This document shows, piece by piece, positions 40,267 through 51,500 of a DNA stretch of 64,000 bases. Position numbers and translations under genes: made by a program. Each line of letters starts with the position of its first letter. Positions within the stretch are counted from its first letter, which is position 1. Source of the stretch: the human T2T-CHM13v2.0 reference genome, Homo sapiens; NCBI RefSeq assembly GCF_009914755.1, contig NC_060930.1; one strand, given 5' to 3'. A model generated the notes under the pieces. That model did not search any database. It was not told the DNA's origin and saw only the letters and a program-made list of their open reading frames with translations.

Positions 40267-41419
40267 CTTCAGAGAGGTATGTATAGGCTGTCAAAGGAGA
40301 TAGGATTTTATAATAATAGCCCTTATAGACAAGAAAAGCCCCAGGTTGTATACTCTTAGGCTACACTTCCCGCTCCTCAGCAAATCCCAAGAATGAGTTG
40401 GTGTCTGTGGATAGTAGAGAGAAATTACAGAACAGCCATGGAGCACAATGCAGAGATTCTTTGTCTTAAGTCAACTCATGGTGTAGAATTTGTACTTAAC
40501 AAGTCAGTAACTGATACATTTCCCAGGACTTCCTGCTTGATCTTGAGGGTCTTTCAGGCTGAGGTAGTAAGTGGTGTTGGCAGCCCTGGTGAGGGGGTAA
40601 TCTTGTTGCCTAGCTCCGTTATGCATAAGGAGTCCTAAATATTAGGAAGAGGAGAGAGGTTCCAGGAAGGCCTGCTGACAAAGCCCTACTCCCACCAGAC
40701 CATCACTGGCCCTAGGGGAGCGCTAAAGTGGGAGCAAAGCACTAAGTCAGGACTGGGCAATGGGGTCACGATCTTAAAGTGCTACCCAAGTGTTGCCAGC
40801 TCCTAGTCATCTGGTGCTCTTTCACCCATTCCTGACTGAGGATTTCTAGTTCTACGAGGACCTCTCTTCCCACTCTAAATACACATATCCAGTGTCCTTA
40901 AGACAAGTTGGGACCCACATAGGGCCCACTTCATAGGAGCTCATTTACAACCACCTCTTCTTAGTCACATCTTATCCAGTTGAAGGCCCCTTGTACTGCC
41001 ACATAGGTTGTAAACTCTGGGGAAAACAGAAAACACTTGACACTTCCACAAACTTCTATCAAGCATGCATCAGGTGTCAGGCATTTGGGAGGAGCTGCGA
41101 GTAGAAGGGGAATGAAATGGATTCTTCCCTTTCCACAGTGCTTATTCGGTCCAGAGCTCTCTGGGGTCTCCGTGAGCAAGACAGCCCACCCAGGGCTGCA
41201 GAACTGGCTGTCTTCCTTTCTGGGGACCTCTCTGGACTGTCTCCTGTAAGACGTTTCATGGCCAGAATCATTGCTAGCTCCTGAAGAGGAGGGTGTACCA
41301 GAGGGGACTGGCCCACAGAGGCAGCAGGGAGTGAGAGGCAGTGATCTGGGAAAGAAGGGACACAGTAGGTCTGAGCAGCCCAGGGATCCACATGCTAATG
41401 TGTGGCCTTTGCTCGGAAG

Positions 41420-41565
41420 GTCCTCGCAGGTGCCACATGGCTACCATGCAAACCCTTGGGAGGCTCAGCCCATGCAGAATAGTTGAATCAGAATCCCCAA
41501 GAGTGGGAGCCTGAGGAGAAGCTCTTCAAGTGATTCTAATGTGTTTTAAAGCTCTTGAGCATTTC
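41420..41565. mobile_element. MER5-like fragment
   Basis: 'tgaatcagaatccccaagagtggg...caagtgattctaatgtg'. Confidence 0.5.
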
Positions 41566-41682
41566 AAAGCATTCAGGTCTTGTTCCAAACATGATTGTTT
41601 GGCTGGTTCTGAACATAACCTAAAGCAATAGTACCATTTGCTCCAACCACATGCCCACTCTCTCCCCATCTTTCTCTTTCTT

Positions 41683-41711
41683 TGCGCATGTGTGTGTGCG
41701 CACGTGTGTGC

Positions 41712-41749
<38 letters not shown>

Positions 41750-41753
41750 ACAC
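41683..41753. repeat. (TG)n/(CA)n compound tract, 71 nt of strict Y/R alternation
   Basis: Read directly from the sequence. Confidence 0.95.
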
Positions 41754-43374
41754 CATGGACTTAATGAAGGCAATTGAATACTTGCCTTGAGAAGAGTTGA
41801 ACATTTGTTCCACTGGTAATTTTTAAATAAATGCATCACTACCATAGTTACCATTTGTAGAGTATGAATTTAATACCTGGAAAACAAAATGATTCTGGCA
41901 GGCTGGAGAGAGCAGGCTGTTTGCTCAGCAGGTGCTGCCCAGTGGGGCCCAAACCCAGAAGACTTGCTGTCCAGTTGTGCTTTCCACCCTCCCCAGCCAA
42001 CCCCATCAGCCTCCGTTCCTTTACTTCTGAAGGTCAAATGGTTCTGCCCCTTGTAGCTGCCCCAGTTCCCTCTTCACTAAAGGCTTCAGAGGCGGAGGCC
42101 TGTGCCAATAACTGAGAACCGACATGAGGTCTTTGTGGGACTGTTTGAGCCTGGGGTGTTTATTATCCTTCTGAATGGCTTTCTCCCAGAGAGGGGAAGA
42201 AAGAGGGGGCCCCGGTGGAGCCAAAGAACAGTAATCTTTCAGGAAGAAAGGAAAAGGCCAGCAACAGCAACAAAAACTTCCTGCAGATGTGGAATTTGAA
42301 GGAATCCAGAGAAAGCAAGCCTATTTTTAGCAGGAGTAAGAGTGCAAACCATGATAGATGCCACAGGCTGCTGTCACTAACATTTGACTATAAGCAACAT
42401 TTTCATATTTAAACATGACAGCCCTGCAAATTGAAAAGAACCAACACTTTCTGCTTGCTGAGTAGAAGCTATCACTTTCCTCCTCAGCCCAGTAGGAGGA
42501 CCGGCTGTATGTGCTGTCTGGCCGGGCCAGCATTGGACTCACCCGTGTTGTTGCCATGACTATTTACATGTCAGCCACTGATGTCAGGGTACGCAATGGT
42601 GGCGACATGGTTGCTGTTCTTTCCGGTCAAGAAGCTGTGCAGTGTTACCTCTGTAGAGAAAATGTCCAGCAGACTTTGCTCAATTAAGCATGTACGTGTA
42701 GAAATACAACAGTCAAATGAGCAGGAATAAAAATAGATTACTTTTGAAGGAGTTAACTAATTCCATCGGGAAAACTGGTGAACTTGAGGTGAACCCAAGA
42801 ATGGAAAAAAAAGAGAATCCCAGAAACGTGAGCTCTGGAGCAGTTTACCAGACCCCAAATGAGACATATGCATTACATCCTCTATACCTTTCATGAATAT
42901 CTTGCCCAGATCAATATCAGGAGGGCTGGCACACACGTTCTTTTGAACCTTTAAGCAGCAAGCATTTTTCTAAGGCCTATTAGAAAATAATTTGCCGTTA
43001 GCATAGTGAGATTGGACAATTTGGGGCAAGATTTCTGAGGACAAGACCTGGAGGCTGACTTCTCCACTGCCCATTCTGACTTGCACCTGTTCCCACTCTG
43101 CTTGAGTAGGCGTTAATTATTGGCATTCCAAATGGTCAACATTGGCTCAACACTGAGTGAGAAGAAAAGGCAGAAGAAAACCAAAGGGCAGAACTGATAG
43201 CTTCAGGTCAGTCTGAGTGCAGAATGAAAGACTCAGCTGTTTTTATTATTTCCAGCTTGTTGACCTTGCTATACATTCACAGAAGTTTGAACTTTTCTAG
43301 ATAATCAGCAAAACAAAGCAAGATGAGAAGAGAGTTTGAAGGGTTTGTTTAGGCTCCTCTTTGTAGACTTAGAG

Positions 43375-44051
43375 CAGCAGTTTCAAAATTCAGTTCCAGC
43401 AGCATCAGGTCACCTGGGAACGTGTTAGAAATGCAGATTCTTGTGCCCCATTCAGGCCTACTGAACCAGAAACTGGAGAGTGGGGCCCAGGAATCTGTGG
43501 GCTAATTTTTTTTTAATGTTGTAGTTATATATATAAAACATAGCATTTTCTATTTTAACTGTAGAATTCAGTGACATTCACAGTGTTTTACAACCATAAC
43601 CACTATCTGTTTCCAAAACTTTTTCATCACCCCAAACAGAACCTTTGTAATTATTAAGCAATAATTCCTCACTCCCTCCAATCCCCAGCCCCAGATAACC
43701 TCTAATCTCCTTCTGTCTCTATGAATTTGTCTATTCTAGATGTTATGTACAAGTGGAATTATGTGGCCTTTTTAGTCTGGTTTATTTTGCCTAGCAGAAT
43801 GTTTTCAAGGTTCCTACATGTTTTAGTATATAGCAATACTTCGATACTTTTTATGGCTGAATAATATTCCATTGTATGGCTATACCATGTTTTGTTTATC
43901 CATTCATCTGTTGATGGATGCTTGTGTTGTTTCCACCCTTTGGCTATTGGGAATAATGCTGAAATGAACACTGGCATACAAATATCAGCAGTCTGTCTTT
44001 TAACAAGCTCTCCAGGTGACTCTGATGTACACTGAAGTTTGAGAAGCCCTG
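43375..44051 (+). mobile_element. MER5A split by an L1 insertion (halves 43375-43499 and 43986-44051)
   Basis: 'cagcagcatcaggtcacctgggaacgtgttagaaatgcagattc...' resumes as 'ttttaacaagctctccaggtgactctgatg...gtttgagaa'. Confidence 0.9.
43506..43985 (-). mobile_element. L1MB (L1MB4-like) 3' end, 5'-truncated
   Basis: 'ttccaaaactttttcatcaccccaaacagaa...tttttatggctgaataatattccattgtatgg...tttatccattcatctgttgatgga'. Confidence 0.9.
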
Positions 44052-45040
44052 AAGTTTCCAGAGACCAAGTGCTGTTTTTAAACAGGAACTCAGAACGCTA
44101 GGTGGAGGCTGTGTGCCCTACTGCAGCTTTCTGCATCCCAGCCAGGGGTCAAGGCTGTAGCCACTTACATCTTATTTCTGCTGCCAAGATCAACATTTAG
44201 AGTTTCTCGAAGGTCCTAAGACTAGACCCAGGAGAAAAATGCCTTTCTGGATTAAGGGTTCTCTTTGACCTTGTTTCAAGGTGATGTTTCAAAATATTTC
44301 AAAGGGATGGCAGAAAAACATTTATTAAAAATACATAGCCATTCAGTTGTTTTTGACTAGACTGTCTGGACTCAGATGTTTTATGTTACTCCATGATTAC
44401 CTTGATATTAGATATAAGAATGACTCATTCTACTTTTATGTAGAGAAATCAGGTCTGTTTTCTGAGAATTATAGAAGTAGTAAGTGAGAGGAAAAGGAGA
44501 AAGAAAAAATTGTTTGTTATAAGTTCACAGATACTTGGCTTATGTTTGATTATGATTGTATAAGAATTTCCAGGTTCAAAGACCTTCTTAACTAATTCCT
44601 TCATGTTCAGAAAGGTTAAATAATTTTATTGCAGTTTTACAGCTAGGAAATGACAAAGTCAGGATTAGAATCCAGGTCTAAGTCCAAAGTTGCTGAATAA
44701 ATCAATTTATACTGGCTTCTAGAAGCTTAAAACAGTATGCCTTTCAGAGATATTTGGGTTTTTAACAGGGGACTCCTGGATATATCATATTTTAACCTGA
44801 AGAAATCTGCCTTCAAAGGTAGAATATACCTAAGGCAGAGGAAGGGGAGGCCTTTTCAACAATCACAAAATGATCCATGTAATCTGCAAGCTCAGCTCTA
44901 GCAATCTCTGAGGTGCAGGTTCAGAAGTATGTTGTGTTTCATCTTGTGTCACATGTTAAGAATGAAATGGAAGTGTAAGGCAGAGCAGCCTGGCCCATGA
45001 TGGTCTGGATGTTATGATGCCTTAAGTACAGTAGGAGTAA

Positions 45041-45305
45041 GGCAGGCGCAGTGGCTCACGCCTAAAATCCCAGCACTTTGGGAGGCTGAGGCGGGAGGAT
45101 CACTTGAGGCCAAGAATTAGAGACCAGTCTGGGCAATATAGCGAGATCCCATCTCTACAAAAAAATTAAAAATTAGCTGGGTGTGGTGCACACCTGTGGT
45201 CCCAGCTACTTGGGAGGCTGCAGCAGGAGGATCCCTTGAGCCCAGTAGGTTGAAGCAGCTTGAACAGTAGAGTGAGACCCCATCTCTTAAAAAATATATA
45301 TATGA
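45041..45305 (+). mobile_element. AluJ with internal deletion in right monomer
   Basis: J-type 'gggaggatcacttgaggcc'; 17-bp TSD aag(t/g)acagtaggagtaa at 45024-45040 and 45306-45322. Confidence 0.93.
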
Positions 45306-45349
45306 AAGGACAGTAGGAGTAACTGAAGATGTTACCCTTGGGACAAAAA

Positions 45350-45675
45350 GGCCAGGGAGCACATGACACTGTTGCCAGGTTTATGAAGGGCTGCCGTCTG
45401 GAGGAGGATGTTGTGCTAAGTAGCTTCGAGAGAGAGGGGGCCAGGCCCATGGGTAGGGTTTGCAAGAAGGCAGTTCTCTTCTCAGTATCAGAAGTCTGCT
45501 AATAAGAGTAGGATGAACACTTTTATAAAGTAGTGAGTTCCCCGTTGGCAGAAGCATCACAGTAGACTAAGATGAGCAGCCAAGCGTATGGCAGCAGGGC
45601 TGCCTGCATGGACTGGAAAGTGCAATGAAATGACCCCTGGTGCCAGTGATCTACTCCAAGGTGTTATGACCCTGA
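45350..45675 (+). mobile_element. L3/CR1 3' end
   Basis: 'tgaagggctgccgtctggaggagg...gtagtgagttccccgttggcagaagca...aaatgacccctgg'. Confidence 0.6.
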
Positions 45676-46114
45676 GGTTTCAAAAATTGCTGGATTGTTA
45701 TTTGCTGAATGCAAAACCGGTATCAAAAGGGAATTTGATGTTGATCTATTGTGTTAGCTGTTTTAAAATATGCCCCTCCTTGTAAAAAAATCACTAAGCA
45801 TCATTGACGTAAATTTCTGAAATATTTAGAGTTAATTACTGTTTGGGGATTTGTTTCCGTCTGGTTATAAATTCAGTGGGAACATCATTTTGAATGTTTC
45901 CTGATAACTGTGTACTGCTCTGACCTACTGGCGTCTCTCTTTTTATGCTGATAATTAGAGAACTCAAAATGGAGCCACTCCCTGAGTAAGGACCTTGGGT
46001 TCTAGCAAAGCAGGAGAGATCCAGCTGGAGCCTGCGGCACCCATGGGGACTGTTTGTGTTATTCTCTATATTTCATGCAGCCACATTAGTGAGGTTTGAG
46101 GATTTGGGTGGTCG

Positions 46115-46420
46115 GCATGATCATGGTCTTCAGACATTTGAAGGACATAAACACAGAGGAAGGAAGGAATTTATTTAGCTCAGAACAAGGGGTATAATTA
46201 GGGTAGGAGTAATGAAATAAAATTAAGGAAAGAAAGATTTAGACTGAATATTAGTGGGGTACTTCCAAGCAATAGATTTATTAAGCTTTTAGGTATTTTC
46301 TAGGGATTATTACTCTGTTTTCCAAGTCACTTGGAAATCAGAGGGACAAAGGCTGAGATAATCTTGAGGAAACGACAGCCTTTGGGTATGGGGCAAAATG
46401 AGAGGGCTTCACTTTGTCCC
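46115..46420 (+). mobile_element. CR1-clade (L3-like) 3' fragment
   Basis: 'catgatcatggtcttcagacatttgaagg...aaagatttagactgaatattag'. Confidence 0.55.
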
Positions 46421-46733
46421 TCACCTGCCCCTAGTCTGTCTTGTAAATGTGAAAAGCTCAGTGGGCAGTCCCCTTCTGAATTACTTCTGTCTACCTATAG
46501 AATGTGCTTGGTTTTTTGTTCAGACCAGGAATTATTCAAAGGATGGTGTGTTCCCCAAGGGAAAAATCTGATTGTGAGAATCTGGGGAGAGTTCCTACCT
46601 GCCCTGAGGTTGGGCAGGCTGATTTCTGCTTGTTAGTTCTGCCTCTGGAGAGCAGGAAGAGGAGGCAAAATTTAATCAATTCCAGTTATGGACGGGAAAG
46701 GATTTTGAAACTCTGGGTTAAAAGAAGATGACT

Positions 46734-46976
46734 AGTTAGAGACCAGCCTGGGCAACAGAGTGAGACCTTGTCTCTAAAAAAAAATTTATAAATTATCCAG
46801 GCATGGTGGTGTATACCTGTAGTCCCAGCTACTCAAGAGGCTGGGGTTGGAGCATCACTTGAGCCCAGGAGATCAAGGCTGCAGCGAGCTAGGATCATAC
46901 CACTGCACTCCAGCCTGGGGTGACAGGGCGAGACTCTGTCTCTGGGCAAAAAAAAGAAAAAAAAAAGAAAAAAAAA
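46734..46976 (+). mobile_element. AluJ, 5'-truncated
   Basis: Begins mid left monomer 'gagaccagcctgggcaac'; 'cacttgagcccaggag'; A-tail; TSD-like aaaagaagatgact / aaaaaaggatgcct. Confidence 0.92.
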
Positions 46977-46997
46977 GGATGCCTGCTCATTGAGGAA

Positions 46998-47027
46998 GGG
47001 GGGTGGGGGGGGGGGGCGGGGGGGCGG
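46998..47027 (+). repeat. Poly-G tract G6-T-G12-C-G7-C-G2
   Basis: Read directly from the sequence. Confidence 0.9.
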
Positions 47028-47589
47028 CTTCAGCCATTGTGGAGTCTCTAATAAATCAGGAGCTTTTCTTTCCCTCTGGAGCCTTTCCTGTGCACTCTTG
47101 GGATCTACTTGTCCTTTGCAAAGTCTAGTACAGCCACCTCTCCCATGGGGAAGGAGACACTTAGCATCCTGGGACCACCAGTCACAGCTTTAGGACTTTA
47201 GCTTTCCTGGACCAGCCCTGATGGCACCATGCATTGCCTGGATGGTATGCACGGACCCAGGCTCCCTTCTGAGACTAAGAACAGACATTTGCATTCAGGT
47301 ATTTTGCATATGCCATTGATAGCACTGAAAAGTAAAACAATAGAACAAGATACTAAAATCTGGGAAGATTTTCTTGGGACTTTCAGTACATCTAGCTTCC
47401 TCTCTGGTCACAAGGGTAGACAGCTGGGGACTTTTCTATTACTGGGGTAGCTCCCTTGTAATTTTCCACTTTGAATCTTACATCTTTTTGTATTAAGTTA
47501 AATGGTGTTTTGCTCTTTAAAATAGCCTTGTAATATGGCTGGTCTGCACTGCTCGCTTTGTCTTAAAAGGGAATAAAATTCTTAAATTG

Positions 47590-48010
47590 AAAGCAAATCG
47601 GAGAGGGTTCTATGGCGCTCTCTGCGAGGGGCCGAGCGTGGATTCGGGTCTGATGATTACTTTGACTGCAGAAACAGTGGGGGCTGTAATCTCCGAAGCA
47701 GCGGACACTCACAGCGACGGTTGGCCCAGTCCTTTGATTTAGACAGCCCTTGGCTGTCTTGCCTGGCCTAGAATCCCTATTCCATTGAAGTCTGGCCTCA
47801 GGCTGTCTTCTTGGGCAGTGCCATTTGCATCCAGGCATGGGGAGGGCCTCTGTGTCCTCAGGGTGCCGTGTGTTTGTGGTGAGAGAGGATGAACAGGCAG
47901 CAGACAGGGGCTCCCGGGCAGTTGCTGGGCTGCTGCTCGAGCGTCTGCCAGGCATGATGAAATGGGAGGAGGCAGGGAAGGCTTCAGAGCAGCAGGGTTC
48001 ACCCGCACAC
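47590..48010. promoter_or_regulatory. CpG-enriched candidate promoter/enhancer
   Basis: 15 CpGs by my count (10 within 47598-47720) in non-repeat sequence; TCF/LEF-type CCTTTGAT 47731, octamer ATTTGCAT 47823; splice donors on both strands. Confidence 0.5.
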
Positions 48011-48656
48011 CTAAAGTCCTAACAGCATGCAGGCATGGTATAAAACAGGTGATCCCTTAATGAGGTTTTGATGTGTGCGCTGGCTTTTGAATTTTATGCT
48101 GGAGTGTCACTGCAGTGTGGGGTTATCTCCAAGGAAACCCTCACATACCTTCCACATCCATTTTCTAACCCCGCTTCTAAAGAGGGCAGCGTGCCCCAGT
48201 GGTCTTAAGGGGCATTATAAAACTCTCGAGATAAGATTAATTTGGATTCTTGCTAATTTGGAAAGTCAGTGTAGTCATGAGGAATGTGTGAGTGTGCTGA
48301 AAAAAGTGGAACCAGCCACCCTCTAAAAGGCAGGGTAATTATTATACAGGGTTGGGTTGAACAGAGGGTTTGTGTCGCCTTTACTGTTGGTGATCATCAA
48401 AGATGTCTTAAGCTAAGAACACAGTTGTCTTTCTCAGTGTGACTCCCGTTTACTGCGTATCAAGCTGCAGGAAGTCCAGCTGATGTAAATAGATTAATAT
48501 TTAAAAAGTAATACAGAAGAATGAGGTTCCAAACATGTAATGTTTAATTATTGAAAACCCATAATGGAATTCCAATCCAAACTCATCTCTCACATCTCAC
48601 TGGTGTTCAGCAAAGAAGCTCAATTAGCTGGGGAGCCTGCCCACCCCACAGCTTGA

Positions 48657-49050
<394 letters not shown>

Positions 49051-50804
49051 CGTATGCCTTCTTATTACATAATTGTTGCAGCCCTTTTTAGTCAAATTAA
49101 TGGGTAAATGACTGTACAGTGTGAACAGGACAATAGAGAAGAATTTGCATAACTTCTAACTGGTACAATTCAGGAAAGTTAGGTGACCTTCCAGAAATCA
49201 TAGTATTAAGGGCATTCATAGTTCCTTTGGGTTTATTAGGCCATGAAGTATTTGTCTGGTTAGAAGAGTTTACTTAGTCTAGGGGTAGCTGATCACCCAT
49301 TCTCCTCTTGAGACCATAGTTCTTTGGCCCTTTAGGACATATGTGTCACTTACTCTGGATAAGGCTGAATTTGCGCAGAGGCCTGTGGCAGAGAATGGCC
49401 AAAGGAAGAGATAAAATGATCAACATGACTAGAATAAACCCTCATCCATAGACCAATGGGATTTAGTTCAAAATCAGTGTGCCAGCAAGGCTGTTTGAAG
49501 TAGTTTTCTTGATTTTATGTTTTTATTTAGCATGACAGTTAAGGACAGTCCTTTGTGTATAAATACAAAAAATAGCGATATGCCATTTGTTGTTGTTTGG
49601 TTTAAGTGCACGTGAAGAGGCTGCTCAGTTGTGGCCCCTTTCTCATGTAATGCTCAGGAATTCATCTGTCATGCAGAAAATGCAGCTGTGTGACCTAAAA
49701 TGCTCTTGGGTGAAGCCTCGGGGTTTGGAAGGTCACGCCATAGGTACTGGTATTCATGACATCCTGTCGGGCTTGTGGGCTGCGTAGGGTAACTAGAACT
49801 GAGAGGACAGAAATTGAGTTTGTAGTGACTGCAGAAGCTGAAACCACAAGGTGAAATGTAATAGGGTCTAGGCCTCAGTGAGCACAGGAAGCTGATTAGA
49901 GGTGAGCAGGGGCGGGGGAGCACTGAGGCTGAGAAAAGTGCCACAAGGGGACGAGTAACGTTGATTTCTGGACAGAGCCTGTTAACATGCGGAGGGGCCC
50001 ATGTGTAGGAATCACCTTCACCTTCTCCTGCAGTTCAGTTACAACTGGTAATTGCATCCTGAACCCTTATCATGTGCAGGATGGGGTTCTGGGGTGTAAA
50101 GGTGCCATGAGATCCAGGCCCAGTACCACAAAAGAAAGCTTTAATTAAAGAAAACATGATAAGGCTTAGGTTTCCTGGCCCCATCTTATGCATCCAAGTG
50201 ATTAAGGTAGCATTTTTCAAAGTGTTTTCCTATAGAAGCCTACTTTAAAAATAAAAGAGTTCTGTTTTTGAAAAGCTGGGGAAACTCTGGATGAATGAAG
50301 TTTAAGTATGTTTCTTTTCTGCAGATCTCCTCAGAGGCTCAGGCATGGCAGCCTGCACTGAGAACCTCCAAAGAAGAGCATAGAATATGCAACATTTCCC
50401 AAGCTTATTGGGCCATGGGATCCTTTTTGGGGGACAGAGCATTTATTGGTGGATCTAGTGTTTCTCAGCATATACTTTAGGAAATAGAGAGTTGGGGCAT
50501 ATTGGTCAGTGGTAGGGTCGGTGGGGTGGGGGGCAGTTGGAATGGGTTTAGGAATAGACAAGAACCTGAGAGAGTATTCATATTTCCTTTCTATGGAGAC
50601 CCTCAGAAATAGTAGTGCAGGTGTATGCAGGCTTCTATAAGAGGCATGTCCTGGTGTAAACTTTATGCTTTTGCACCAGCAGAAGACAAGGCCTCCCAGC
50701 CCTTGGATTTGAGTAGGTCCACCCAGACTGAGGCTGTCCTGGGTACGCCACACCCATAGCAAGATACAGGGTCATTAACCACCAGGAGGGAGTATTACGG
50801 GATT

Positions 50805-50920
50805 AGGCAGGGACCTTGAAGTCACTGCCCCTTCCTAGATTTTCCTCATTTTTTTTAGCAGAGGGTAATACCTGGAAGGTTATGGTAAGGATTAAATCTG
50901 AGAAAGTCTGTCAAGCTGGG
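50805..50920 (+). mobile_element. MIR fragment
   Basis: 'tttcctcatt...ggtaatacct...ggttatggtaaggattaaat'. Confidence 0.55.
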
Positions 50921-51149
50921 TGAGACTTTTGGTCTTCCTAAAGTTATGGAAGCTTGCCATAAAGAAGCCCAGGGAAATCAGAAAGGTGGGAATAGCCATT
51001 GCCACTCATCCCTGTGGTGTCTGAGCAATTGTGCTGGCAGTGAATGGTCCCACAGTGCTAATAACTGAGCCACTGGACTGCCTTACTGCTCCCAAGGAGC
51101 AGGCATCCTTGCTTCCTGATTTAGCACGAGGCCGTTAAAGATTTGCAGT

Positions 51150-51500
51150 TCCCTGCAGTTTGGCTTCTACTCCATCCACTTCCAGCTCCCTTCTCCCCAC
51201 TCTCTAATTTGTGACCTATGCTTCCCTGTGGTTTCTGCACATTGCCTCTCTCCTCTGTGGTCCTCTGGCTTTATTCCTATGACCACTCTCTCCACCACTA
51301 TTTAGTCTCTTGGCATTATATTGATTCCAAACTTCCCAAATAAGAACATCTAATTGGTCCATTGAGTTGCTCTGTCCCTCTTAGGCAGAGCCCACACCAA
51401 CATCTTCAGGTGTCTTTGGGTCCAGGCAGCTACAGCCAATGAGACAGCAGGGCCATGACCACAGCAGACACCAGCATCTCATGGGCTCTGTTCTGATACA
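51150..51500. mobile_element. Old MaLR (MLT1-type) LTR fragment
   Basis: 'ttccaaacttccca...atctaattggtcca...caggtgtc...ggtccaggcagctacagcca' resembles the conserved segment of old MLT1 LTRs. Confidence 0.45.

Larger units (their letters stand above)
42140..48010 (-). ncRNA. Candidate spliced antisense lncRNA (exons ~48010-47713, 42650-42543, 42423-~42140); tentatively PBX1-AS1-like, unverified
   Basis: Minus-strand donor GCT|gtgagt (47712), acceptor ttttctctacag| (42651), donor CGG|gtgagt (42542), acceptor ttcttttcaatttgcag| (42424), AATAAA (42164-42159); stops in all frames of the middle exon. Confidence 0.45.

Noticed and set aside
40705-40725. CTCF-like tggccctaggggagcgcta (and a similar one at ~35611-35630)
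   Set aside because: Several mismatches to the core consensus; cannot be called without PWM scoring or ChIP.
42327-42557. 76-aa minus-strand ORF MATTRVSP...
   Set aside because: Crosses the predicted 119-nt intron and has no recognisable homology; not supportable as a CDS.
43759-43977. ORF resembling the L1 ORF2 C-terminus
   Set aside because: Part of the truncated L1MB fossil, not a gene.
50305-50330. Strong-looking plus acceptor tttcttttctgcag
   Set aside because: No convincing donor at exon distance.
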